From: Thermodesulfobacteriota bacterium
GTDB taxonomy: Bacteria > Desulfobacterota > Desulfarculia > JACQYL01
Assembly: GCA_963675595.2 (NCBI GenBank)
Contig: CAXXLZ010000002.1
Coordinates: 3,808,001-3,872,000, forward strand
Direction: 5' to 3'
Length of the DNA: 64,000 nucleotides
Positions 27,892 to 37,047 of the stretch are shown one piece after another. The translations under genes and the position numbers were made by a program. Below the pieces are notes generated by a model. The model ran no database searches. It saw nothing but the letters and a program-made list of their open reading frames with translations, and was not told the origin of the DNA. The number at the start of each line of letters is the position of its first letter. Within the stretch, counting starts at the first letter, position 1.

Positions 27892-30065
27892 CCTTTCTAC
27901 TCGAACTCAAAGATATCGGCAAAGCAGACCGAAGAGTCGTTGGCGGCAAGGCTTTTGCATTATCTCGGATGGTGCAGGCAGGCATGCGGGTGCCCCGCGC
28001 CGTATGCATTACCACCAGGGCCTATGACGCTTATATGGCCGCTACCCGCCTGAGCGATCATGTCGCATTTGAACTCTTCCGTAAGTCTCTGGATGAGATG
28101 CGCTGGGAAGAAGTATGGGACACCGCCCTAAGGATTCGTAGCCTTTTTCTCAAAGCGCCGATTCCCGCGGATCTTCGAGATATCCTCCTACCCTACCTCT
28201 CTAACCGTTTCGGCGAAACAGAGGTGTCGGTGAGATCATCGGCACCCGGTGAGGATTCAGCCCGAAAATCCTTCGCCGGCCTTCATGATTCGTTCCTGAA
28301 TGTGCGAGGTGCGTCTGCGATCCTGGAGCATGTACATCTTGTGTGGGCCTCCCTCTGGTCGGATCGGTCCATACTCTATCGCAAGGAACTGGAGTTGGAT
28401 GCCAGGAAGAGCCGCATGGCCGTAGTCATCCAGGAAATGGTTTTCGGTGAGCGAGCCGGAGTGGCTTTCGGTCGAAACCCCATGGATCCGAAAGAGGCAA
28501 TAGTGGAGGCGGTATATGGCTTGAACCAAGGCCTTGTGGATGGAACCGTGGAGCCGGACCGGTGGGTGATCAAAAGGGACACGGAGGAGATCGTTTCACA
28601 CGTCGCTGTCTTGAGGAAGGAGTCGGTCAAGCCGTTAAAGGAAGGTGTAAGTCTCGTCCCCCTTGCTTCTGAACTCAGGGAGCAGCCGCCACTTAGCACG
28701 GACGAAGTCCTGGAAGTCTATGCTCTGACTAAACAGGCGGAATCTCTTTTCAGAACTTCACAAGATGTTGAGTGGACCTACCGGGGAAATGTTTTGTTTG
28801 CACTCCAATCGCGCCCTATCACTACGCTCCGGAATAAGACCGGCGACATACGCCACTGGTACCTGAGTCTTCATCGAAGTCTCGAAAATCTCAAAGCTCT
28901 TAGAGGGAAAATCGAAACGGAACTTCTTCCGGACATGGACCGAAACGCGGTCGAAATGGCGGCTAAAGATCTGACGATGCTTTCTGAGTTGGAACTGGCG
29001 AAAGAGATTGAGCACAGGAAGGATATCTTCGATCATTGGCAACAGATTTACAGGGAATTCTGCATACCCTTTGCACACGGAATGCGTCTTTTCGGTCAGG
29101 TATATAATGATCGAGTCAAACCGGAAGACCCCTACGAATTCATGGCTTTGCTCAAAGGGGCGGACATGGTGAGCGTACATCGCAATAATGCTCTTCGCAA
29201 CTTGGCGGATTGGATCGAAAGATATCCGGATATTGCGTCCAAATTGAGAGAGGGACGCCTGGATGACTGCGACGAGCATTTTGTTCGAGCCTTCCGCCAA
29301 ATGATGCTGCGATTTGGGGGTCTGACCTGGGGCGGGCAGCAATTTGGAGCAAATCAGGCGCAAGTAATTGCTTTGTTACTTGAAATGGTGGGAGGCCATC
29401 GCAAGACTGTTTTTTCGGAGGCGGAAAAGCGTGCCGAACTGGAGCATGTTTATCTTTCGAAGTTCAGCAAAGCAGAGAAAACTTTCGCCCGTGAATTGCT
29501 GGATGTGGCGCGTGCCAGCTATCAACTTCGGGACGATGACAATACCTATATCGGTAAAATCGAGGGAGAATTGCTGGCGGCGGTGCGGGAGGGAGCAAGA
29601 CGTAAGAAAATGCAATTCGGCGATAAGATGGTGATGGAGGATACGGGGCGAGTTACCGCAGCCCTGAAAGGGGTTGCGATGCCGCCATCAAACAAAACGA
29701 ATGTGGGAATGCTTGAAGAAGGAGATTTCCTTCTTCGTCCCAGGCAGTTGATCGGCCAGCCGGCCGGTCCCGGCGTGGCATCCGGCATTGCCAGAGTAAT
29801 CCGGAATCCCTCCGATTTGTTCAATTTCAAATCAGGCGAGATTCTGGTTTGCGATGCCGTGGACCCCAACATGACCTTCGTGATTCCCATGGCTGCGGGA
29901 GTTGTGGAAAGAAGGGGAGGAATGTTGATTCACGGCGCCATCATTGCCCGTGAGTACGGTCTCCCTTGTGTCACTGGTGTAAGGAATGCGGCGAGTCAAA
30001 TCAACACGGGGGACGCCATTACGGTGGACGGATTTCTCGGCATTGTGGTTGTCGGCGAGAGGTAG
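27888..30065 (+). CDS. PEP-utilizing enzyme with rifampicin-phosphotransferase-like architecture
   Basis: N-terminal ATP-grasp (VGGKA, VRSSAPGED, SFAG, QDVEW, LQSRPITT), C-terminal swivel domain GGMLIHGAIIAREYGLP; ATGA overlap with the upstream gene. Confidence 0.85.
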   Translation: MTFLLELKDIGKADRRVVGGKAFALSRMVQAGMRVPRAVCITTRAYDAYMAATRLSDHVAFELFRKSLDEMRWEEVWDTALRIRSLFLKAPIPADLRDILLPYLSNRFGETEVSVRSSAPGEDSARKSFAGLHDSFLNVRGASAILEHVHLVWASLWSDRSILYRKELELDARKSRMAVVIQEMVFGERAGVAFGRNPMDPKEAIVEAVYGLNQGLVDGTVEPDRWVIKRDTEEIVSHVAVLRKESVKPLKEGVSLVPLASELREQPPLSTDEVLEVYALTKQAESLFRTSQDVEWTYRGNVLFALQSRPITTLRNKTGDIRHWYLSLHRSLENLKALRGKIETELLPDMDRNAVEMAAKDLTMLSELELAKEIEHRKDIFDHWQQIYREFCIPFAHGMRLFGQVYNDRVKPEDPYEFMALLKGADMVSVHRNNALRNLADWIERYPDIASKLREGRLDDCDEHFVRAFRQMMLRFGGLTWGGQQFGANQAQVIALLLEMVGGHRKTVFSEAEKRAELEHVYLSKFSKAEKTFARELLDVARASYQLRDDDNTYIGKIEGELLAAVREGARRKKMQFGDKMVMEDTGRVTAALKGVAMPPSNKTNVGMLEEGDFLLRPRQLIGQPAGPGVASGIARVIRNPSDLFNFKSGEILVCDAVDPNMTFVIPMAAGVVERRGGMLIHGAIIAREYGLPCVTGVRNAASQINTGDAITVDGFLGIVVVGER

Positions 30066-30098
30066 AAACACTTCCAATGTGTAGAACCGGTCATCTCT

Positions 30099-30620
30099 AT
30101 GATAAAACAGCCGAAAGTCTATTCCATGCGTCCTACTTATAATCTTAAATTTTTCGTAGCCCTTGCTATGGCGGTTCAGATCATCCTCACCTTCCACGGC
30201 TGCTATCCTAAAAAGGTGGGCCCCGTGACTGCGGAGGGGGATCGCTTAGCGTGGATTGAGATGAGCTTCGAACAAAGAAAGGCACACATGAGGAAGGCGG
30301 TTCTTCCGCGTGCGGCCGCCATATTGCAGGCTTGGCGGCCCGAGCGATTCGCTCGGATTAACTGCACCCTCTGTCATGGAGAAGGTTTGAATACAGGAAG
30401 CTTTCAAATGCCCACAGCATATCTTCCGAGGCTCAGCGGATATCTGTTGCTGGGACCTGAGTTCAAGAAGCATCCGGAAACCACTCGATTGAAACTGAAT
30501 CGTCTGGTGCCTGAGATCGCCGACGCCTTAGGACTGAAGACTTTTAGTATCGTGACTCGTAACGGCTTTGGCTGCTACTCCTGCCACCTCGGACCAACCG
30601 GTCCCATGTTCGGAAACTAA
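30099..30620 (+). CDS. Diheme c-type cytochrome lipoprotein
   Basis: CTLCH and CYSCH motifs; lipobox-like FHGC; start uncertain. Confidence 0.7.
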   Translation: MIKQPKVYSMRPTYNLKFFVALAMAVQIILTFHGCYPKKVGPVTAEGDRLAWIEMSFEQRKAHMRKAVLPRAAAILQAWRPERFARINCTLCHGEGLNTGSFQMPTAYLPRLSGYLLLGPEFKKHPETTRLKLNRLVPEIADALGLKTFSIVTRNGFGCYSCHLGPTGPMFGN

Positions 30621-30712
30621 AAGGACATCCTTCCTCGATGAGTTTATATGCACTTTTTGCCAATCCATGAAAAAGACCAATTTAGAGCAGTTAGATTGAG
30701 TGAGGATAGGAA

Positions 30713-31351
30713 ATGAACATCAAAAAACTTATGACTCTGTGCTGCTTATTTGTTGCCGCTGTCTTTCCCGAAATGGCGGCAAAGCCTGCCTTCGCACTGG
30801 AGAAAACGCAGTATAACGTGATTGAAAAACAAGAAAACTTCGAATTGCGGGAATATCCTTCTTTTGTTGTTGCAGAAACCTATATGGAAGGCGATTTCGA
30901 GACAGTCGGTAATGGCGGGTTTCGACGTCTGGCCGCATACATCGGCGGTGAAAACGTCAAAAATCAATCCATCTCTATGACCTCGCCGGTTACGCAGGAA
31001 GCCCAGTCCGAGAAAATTGCCATGACCGCTCCGGTAACGCAAGAGAAGAAGGGCAATTTATGGCGGATCACTTTCATGATGCCTTCCAAATACACCATGG
31101 ATGGCTTGCCCCGCCCCAATGACGACCGAGTCAATTTGACGTTGGAACCGCCCAAATTGGTTGCGGCCGTTCGTTATTCCGGAACATGGGCGCGGGAGCG
31201 ATATGAGGAGAACGAGGCAAAACTCTTGAGTTGGATAAATGTCAACGGATGGAAAGTGACAGGCCAAGCAATTTGGGCCCGTTACGATCCACCTTTTATG
31301 CCGTGGTTTCTGAGAAGAAACGAGATAATGCTCCCTGTAGAAATAGAATAG
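30713..31351 (+). CDS. SOUL heme-binding family protein (exported)
   Basis: FELREYP, GFRRLAAYIGGEN, IAMTAPV, ARYDPPF..WFLRRNEI; signal peptide. Confidence 0.9.
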   Translation: MNIKKLMTLCCLFVAAVFPEMAAKPAFALEKTQYNVIEKQENFELREYPSFVVAETYMEGDFETVGNGGFRRLAAYIGGENVKNQSISMTSPVTQEAQSEKIAMTAPVTQEKKGNLWRITFMMPSKYTMDGLPRPNDDRVNLTLEPPKLVAAVRYSGTWARERYEENEAKLLSWINVNGWKVTGQAIWARYDPPFMPWFLRRNEIMLPVEIE

Positions 31352-31674
31352 TTTCCACTTCCATCGATCCCCAGGGACAGATAGCTGAATAACATGGATC
31401 CTGCATCAGGACGTATCAATTCGTCATATGGTTGATATCGGATTATCTGATCCGGCTAACTAATTTGAGGCATCCTAAAATGGGCTTTGGCCGGGGGTGT
31501 TTATTTACATCCAGGCATGTACTGCTGGACATCCTGCGGTGGGCTTTTTGTGGGGACCGGACTCGTTTAGACGGTACCGGCGAAGCAATAAAAGCGGGGA
31601 TTCTACAAAAAAGAGAGGACTTATCCTTTTCCGGCACGGCCTCCATATCGAAGATCACGTTCCTGTTAAGACGG

Positions 31675-32766
31675 TTATCCCATGTGTGAATCTCCTGTTT
31701 CACGTTCCACTCTGTCGAACTCCCCCTCCAGTTCAAGAAAGGCGGATACTACTTTGGGATCGAACTGTGTCCCGCTGCCGCGTTCAATAATCTCCCTGCT
31801 TTGTTCACGTGAAAGCGGAGGTTTGTAACAACGTCTGGAACGAAGGGCGTCATACACGTCGGCTACGGCCATAATGCGAGCGGCAAGGGGGATATCCTCT
31901 CCTTTCAGCCCATTAGGATAACCCTCACCGTCCCAGCGTTCGTGGTGACTAAGGGCTATGGCTATCCCCACGTTGATGAAATCATTGTTGGGGTATCTTT
32001 CCCGAACCGCTTCCAGGGTGGCCGCACCCAAACTACAATGTTTTGTCATGATCTCAAATTCTTCAGGGGCAAGTTTGCCGGGCTTAAGCAGGACACTGTC
32101 GGGAATGGCGACCTTACCGATATCATGAAGAGGACTGGCAATAACCATGTTGTTAATGAAAGAGGCGTCAATGTGGCTGTTGCGCAGAGCTTCCTCACCA
32201 AGCTTCACCGCCAGCATCTGACAATAGGTCTGCACGCGCTCCAAATGTTTTCCCGTATCCGGGTCCCGTGATTCGGCAAGCTTGGCCAGAGCGAAAATTG
32301 TCGAGAATTGTGCGGCGGAGATTTCAGCCACCTGCTCTTTGACAAGTTCCTCGAGATGCTTCTGGTACTTACGTAGCTTGAGATGGGTTTCCACCCTGGC
32401 CTTGACTTCCTCGAACTGGAACGGTTTTGTTACGTAATCGACCCCACCGCTACGGAAAGCCTTGACCTTGTCCAGCGTTTCGGACAGGGCGCTGATGAAA
32501 ATCACGGGAATATCCCGGAACCTCGTGTTTTGCTTTAGTTGTGCGCAAACCTCAAAGCCGTCCATTTCAGGCATGTTGATATCAAGCAGAATCAGGTCGG
32601 GAGGATCGCGTTCAACGGCTTTGAGCGCCAGCTTGCCGCTGGGCACCGGTCTCACATGGTAACCATTCTCCTTCAGCATATCGGTGAGTAGGGTCAAGTT
32701 GGCCGGCAGGTCGTCTACAACCAGGATACTATCTCGTACCAGCCCTTCAGTGCTTGCATTCATCAT
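31675..32766 (-). CDS. Response regulator with HD-GYP c-di-GMP phosphodiesterase domain (RpfG-like)
   Basis: REC (VVDD, LLDINMP, KPF); HDIGK, HHERWDGEGYP. Confidence 0.92.
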   Translation of the reverse strand: MMNASTEGLVRDSILVVDDLPANLTLLTDMLKENGYHVRPVPSGKLALKAVERDPPDLILLDINMPEMDGFEVCAQLKQNTRFRDIPVIFISALSETLDKVKAFRSGGVDYVTKPFQFEEVKARVETHLKLRKYQKHLEELVKEQVAEISAAQFSTIFALAKLAESRDPDTGKHLERVQTYCQMLAVKLGEEALRNSHIDASFINNMVIASPLHDIGKVAIPDSVLLKPGKLAPEEFEIMTKHCSLGAATLEAVRERYPNNDFINVGIAIALSHHERWDGEGYPNGLKGEDIPLAARIMAVADVYDALRSRRCYKPPLSREQSREIIERGSGTQFDPKVVSAFLELEGEFDRVERETGDSHMG

Positions 32767-35654
32767 GAATCTTTCTCCTGGTTAAAAAGACCGATCAAAG
32801 TTTCATATTCATAATTTGCAGCCATTTCCCTGGTCCGTCGGGCCAACGCCGGTTGATCGTCGGCCCATTCACCCACAAGCTCGTTCAGTTGTTCAATGTC
32901 GGCACTCTCCACAGCCTCCATCATGTGCTTAACCAGCTCGGGCGGTAAGGTGGCTACCCACTGATACAGCACGGAAAGTTCGGCTGCTTTGTCCGGCTCG
33001 CTTTCGTTGACGTCTTCATCTTCATAAAGGTATTGCACTGCGGTCAAGCGACCGACCTTGTCAAAGAGTTCCTCGGCCTTGAACGGTTTCAACAAATAAT
33101 CGTCGGCCCCGGAGGCAAAGACCCTTTGTTTGTCCTCTGCGAAGGCGCTGGCGGTGACGGCAAGGATTTTGGTGTCCTTCATTTCCGGAGAAGCTTTGAT
33201 TATACGGATGGCATCATAGCCGTCCATCACGGGCATGGCCATGTCCATAAGAACCAAATGCGGTCGCCATTTCCTAACCACTTGAACGGCTGATTCGCCG
33301 TTTACCGCCTCTCTTGTGGCAAAGCCGACCGCACCAAGCAACTGCGACAGCAGTTGGCGATTCGTGTCCCTGTCATCCGCGATGAGGACTCGAATTTCTT
33401 CCCGGCCGGGCTTCAGCCGAAGAACATTCTTGCTTTTCCCCACCAGGGGTGCGTCTTCCGCTCTGCCTTTCCGCACGGGAATGCCGAACCGAAACAGCGA
33501 ACCTTTGCCGATGGCGCTTGTGACCGAGATGGTCCCTCCCATGATCTGGATGAATCCACGGCTCAGCGCAAGTCCCAATCCCGTTCCGCCGCTCTTGATG
33601 CCGGCACTGGTCTGCTCGAACACCTGGAAAAGGCGACCCAATTCCTCGTCGGTCATGCCGGGGCCGGTGTCCTCAACCTCGAACTGGAGATCAACAGCGT
33701 CCGCACTCTCGTTGGATTGAGTCCGGAGTCGTAGGGCGATGCCTCCCTTCTCCGTAAATTTGACCGCATTACCCAAAAGATTAATTATTACCTGCCGGAG
33801 TTTCCCTTCGTCCGTGATCGCCCAACGAGGAACTTGGCCGACAATTTCCGTCAATAAATTAAGGCCTTTTCCTTCCGCTCGGATCCGGAACATCCGTTCG
33901 ATATCTTCGATAAGGGCATGCAAATCAAAGGTGCTCGGAATCAAGGTAGTCCGACCGGCTTCTATTTTGGACATCTCGAGGATATCGTTGATGAGAGACA
34001 GCAAATGTTCTCCGCTTCGATTTATGATTCCGAGGTAATTCCGAGACTGTGACGAGATATCCGTATCCCGCTCCATGAGTTGGGTAAAGCCCAATATGGC
34101 GTTCATAGGCGTTCGAATTTCGTGGGACATGTTCGCTAGAAACGCACTCTTGGATCGGTTTGCTTCGTCGGCCGCATCCTTTGCTTTCTTGAGTTGGGCT
34201 TCCACATTCCGTATTTCAGTCATGTCCTGGATGGATTCAATCGCCCCGATGACTTTCCCGCTTTCATCGTAAAGAGCGCTTGCGAACCCGACTAGTATTA
34301 TTCCGTTTTCACCCAGATTAGGAATAAACGCTTCGGCCGACAGAATGTCTCCTTCACGATGAATATTCGAATATTTTCCCGATAGCTCCTTTCCCGAAAG
34401 GAGGACGTAGTCGATCAGAATCGGTCTTTTCTCTCCATAAAACGGAAGCGCATACTCATAATTCCCTTTTCCTATGATATCCCGGCTCTTGACTCCGGTT
34501 AAATTCTCCATCGCTCGATTCCAGGCCGTAACCGTGCCATTGTGATCGATCACCATGGTGGCGACGGGAAGAAAGTTGATAATGTATGTCAATCGTTGCT
34601 CGGATTCTCGAAGCTTCTGCTCGACAAGTTTCCGTTCCGTAATATCCTCAAGTGTGCCGTCCAGAAACAGTGGCCGGCCTGCTTCATCCCGGACGATCCG
34701 GGCATGAATCCGAGCGGGAAATGATTGCCCCGAGCTTCTTCGGAACATTAGTTCGTAACCTGTTACCGGCCCTTGGAGCACATCCTGGATCAGCCGAGAC
34801 CGATCCTCCGGATTGCAGTATAGGTTGAGCAAACCGAATTGGTCGGCCTCCTTCACGGACTCAAACCCGAAGATTTCAAGAATCGCCGGATTGGTTTCTA
34901 TGATGGCGCCGTCCATGGATACACTGAAGAAGCCGATCGGTACGCCGGTGACAAAGTCCCGAAAACGCTCTTCGGATACGCGCAGTTTTTCGCTTGCCTC
35001 TGTAGCTGCTTGCGCGGCTTGAACGATCTGCAAACGGGATAGGTATTCTCGACGTTGAAGTTGATTCCGGTTGCGTACGACGAAGAAACCGAGGAGGTTG
35101 AAAAGAATCGCGAAAATAGCCATCCAGATTAGATCAGGTAATGGCCGGCCGACCAGCCAAAGGCCGACCAAGGGGGAAAACATCATAAGGGTGCACACAA
35201 GCGCTGTCAGGAGGAGGCGATTCGGCACAAGAAAATAGAAAATCAGGATCATGAAGAGGAAGCCTTCCGGAAGATTCGTCGGCATTAGAATGATCCGAAA
35301 GGTTGTGGAAGTAGTGATTACAAGTTCCGTGATTAAGATGCTCGCCGCCAAGGCGGAGGCACGCCGCACGTTGGATGAGAGGAGGAAGACGACCATGGCG
35401 CCCAAAAGCTCCAGGGTTCGGAACATCGCCATAATCCAAAACCCTTGGCGCAATCCCAATATCATGTAATCCCCAATGCCCGCCAAGAAGTATGCCGGGC
35501 CCAGAATTATCATGGCGGTTCGCAGTTGTCGTCGCCTATCATCCCATCCGGCTTGAAGAAACTTCAATTCGGTCGCCTTGTCGACAAACTCGCCACTGAA
35601 GCGAGATAAGGCGGCCTCTTTCCGTGACCATATCAAGTTGTCTTTGTCCACCAT
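32763..35654 (-). CDS. Membrane-bound hybrid sensor histidine kinase (TM-PAS-PAS-HisKA-HATPase-REC)
   Basis: FLANMSHEIRTPMN, NLLGNAVKFT, DTGPG, GTGLGL, REC LMDMAMP; probable start at 35654. Confidence 0.9.
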   Translation of the reverse strand: MVDKDNLIWSRKEAALSRFSGEFVDKATELKFLQAGWDDRRRQLRTAMIILGPAYFLAGIGDYMILGLRQGFWIMAMFRTLELLGAMVVFLLSSNVRRASALAASILITELVITTSTTFRIILMPTNLPEGFLFMILIFYFLVPNRLLLTALVCTLMMFSPLVGLWLVGRPLPDLIWMAIFAILFNLLGFFVVRNRNQLQRREYLSRLQIVQAAQAATEASEKLRVSEERFRDFVTGVPIGFFSVSMDGAIIETNPAILEIFGFESVKEADQFGLLNLYCNPEDRSRLIQDVLQGPVTGYELMFRRSSGQSFPARIHARIVRDEAGRPLFLDGTLEDITERKLVEQKLRESEQRLTYIINFLPVATMVIDHNGTVTAWNRAMENLTGVKSRDIIGKGNYEYALPFYGEKRPILIDYVLLSGKELSGKYSNIHREGDILSAEAFIPNLGENGIILVGFASALYDESGKVIGAIESIQDMTEIRNVEAQLKKAKDAADEANRSKSAFLANMSHEIRTPMNAILGFTQLMERDTDISSQSRNYLGIINRSGEHLLSLINDILEMSKIEAGRTTLIPSTFDLHALIEDIERMFRIRAEGKGLNLLTEIVGQVPRWAITDEGKLRQVIINLLGNAVKFTEKGGIALRLRTQSNESADAVDLQFEVEDTGPGMTDEELGRLFQVFEQTSAGIKSGGTGLGLALSRGFIQIMGGTISVTSAIGKGSLFRFGIPVRKGRAEDAPLVGKSKNVLRLKPGREEIRVLIADDRDTNRQLLSQLLGAVGFATREAVNGESAVQVVRKWRPHLVLMDMAMPVMDGYDAIRIIKASPEMKDTKILAVTASAFAEDKQRVFASGADDYLLKPFKAEELFDKVGRLTAVQYLYEDEDVNESEPDKAAELSVLYQWVATLPPELVKHMMEAVESADIEQLNELVGEWADDQPALARRTREMAANYEYETLIGLFNQEKDS

Positions 35655-36129
35655 CACCCCCGTACAAGCGAAGATCATAGTGCATGGAATTATGCGCCGA
35701 ATCTCTAATTCAAAAGCTCCATAGGCCTTTATTACCGACCTTCCAGGCACTTATTTGCCTATAGGGCTGAAAGGTCCGTGTATCTGCACAAAAGCGCACC
35801 TAAGCCATACTCAAACCGGCTTGGGGCTTTTCCTCAACGATGCTCGAAAATACCTCTCCTGTCTCATTTTCACAACTACCGTTACAAGGCTGCACCCTTA
35901 TTGCCGCCGACCGAATATCGCCCGATAGCGGCGTCTCAACGGGAAAGCGAAAGCAACGCGCACGTGCCGACTCCCGGCAAGGTGGGTCATCCCCGCTCCC
36001 GCTTGAATCAAGCACGGAATCGACCGCGCCATAGGGCGCTTCACTGCCTCTTCCCAAACGCAGACCTGATAGGTCCTCAGGAGGATGTTGTTTCTGCTCG
36101 TTGGGAATCTCCGGTCGCTGAAGGCCAGC

Positions 36130-36290
36130 TTAGAAACGACGACATGCGGTTCGCGCAGATCCCGGAAAGTTCACATGGGGTACGTCGCAGTAATGAACAC
36201 GTCGCCGAGGGCCCCGGTTTCCATGGATTGTTACATGAAAATCGCCATGGGGAAGAGATGAAGCGTAGACAGAAGAGCGTCGCTGAAGGG
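36130..36290 (-). pseudogene. Possible second RAYT N-terminal relic
   Basis: PHGDFHVTIHGNRG...ACRRF weakly resembles RAYT PGAVYHVTSRGN...CERF. Confidence 0.3.
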
Positions 36291-36337
36291 AATTAAGAAG
36301 GCTGCCGAATTTCGGCATATTATATGTTAATGTCGTC

Positions 36338-36691
36338 TTATTGTTTTCCGTTTCCTGCAATGATAAATAATATTCCTACGATCATTGGAGCAAACATGGG
36401 TCCCGGTAACCCTTCTTTTCGGATTATCAACCCGATTATGGAGGCTGTCAGAATTGGAAATACCACAAGGTATCCTCCCAGCTTCTCATACTTCCATCCA
36501 ATAGCCAGTCCGATGAACATCAACGGAAAAGTTGTAAGCCAAATATTGTCAAGAAGGCTGTTATCAGGATTGGTAAAGGGAAGGGGATTGCCGTATCCGA
36601 AATAGAACGGCAACCCGAGCAATAAGATTGCCGAAGCCATAATTCTTGCAAGCCACCGGATGCCTGTTGTTTGTTTTTTGCTCAGTCTCAT
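36338..36691 (-). CDS. Small integral membrane protein
   Basis: About four hydrophobic segments, GLAIGWKYEKLGG; AT-richer than its surroundings. Confidence 0.7.
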   Translation of the reverse strand: MRLSKKQTTGIRWLARIMASAILLLGLPFYFGYGNPLPFTNPDNSLLDNIWLTTFPLMFIGLAIGWKYEKLGGYLVVFPILTASIIGLIIRKEGLPGPMFAPMIVGILFIIAGNGKQ

Positions 36692-36770
36692 AGCAGCCCG
36701 TAAAAGCCGGTTGCCACAGGCCGCGTATTATAATGGCCTGATAGGACAACCTGATTTGGCATTGCTTCGC

Positions 36771-36850
36771 TTGGGGAGACTTTCGAGAAAGTCTCCCCAA
36801 GTTCCCCTTCAAGGCAATTCAAGAATGCCTCACCGCCTTCTTCGGAGAGG
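36771..36850. repeat. Structured REP/MITE-like repeat, copy B
   Basis: TTGGGGAGACTTTC-GA-GAAAGTCTCCCCAA...TGCCTCACCGCCTTCTTCGGAGAGG; homologous to 16399-16480. Confidence 0.7.
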
Positions 36851-37047
36851 AGAAAAAGAAATATAGCTTGCTGGGCAAAACATTGAAACCACTTGTTGCA
36901 GGCCGGCAAGAACGAGGAAGCGTGTCGCGTCTTTCAGCCGAATCATTCACGGGAGGAACTGGTCTATAAAAGGGGGGGCAGGCCGCGGTGCCCGTCCAAA
37001 AGGCGGCCGAAGGCTCACCTTCGGACAAGGCGAGAACATTGCCTGGG

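Noticed and set aside
36290-36770. Integron cassette around the small membrane gene
   Set aside because: No convincing RYYYAAC/GTTRRRY attC pair and no integrase
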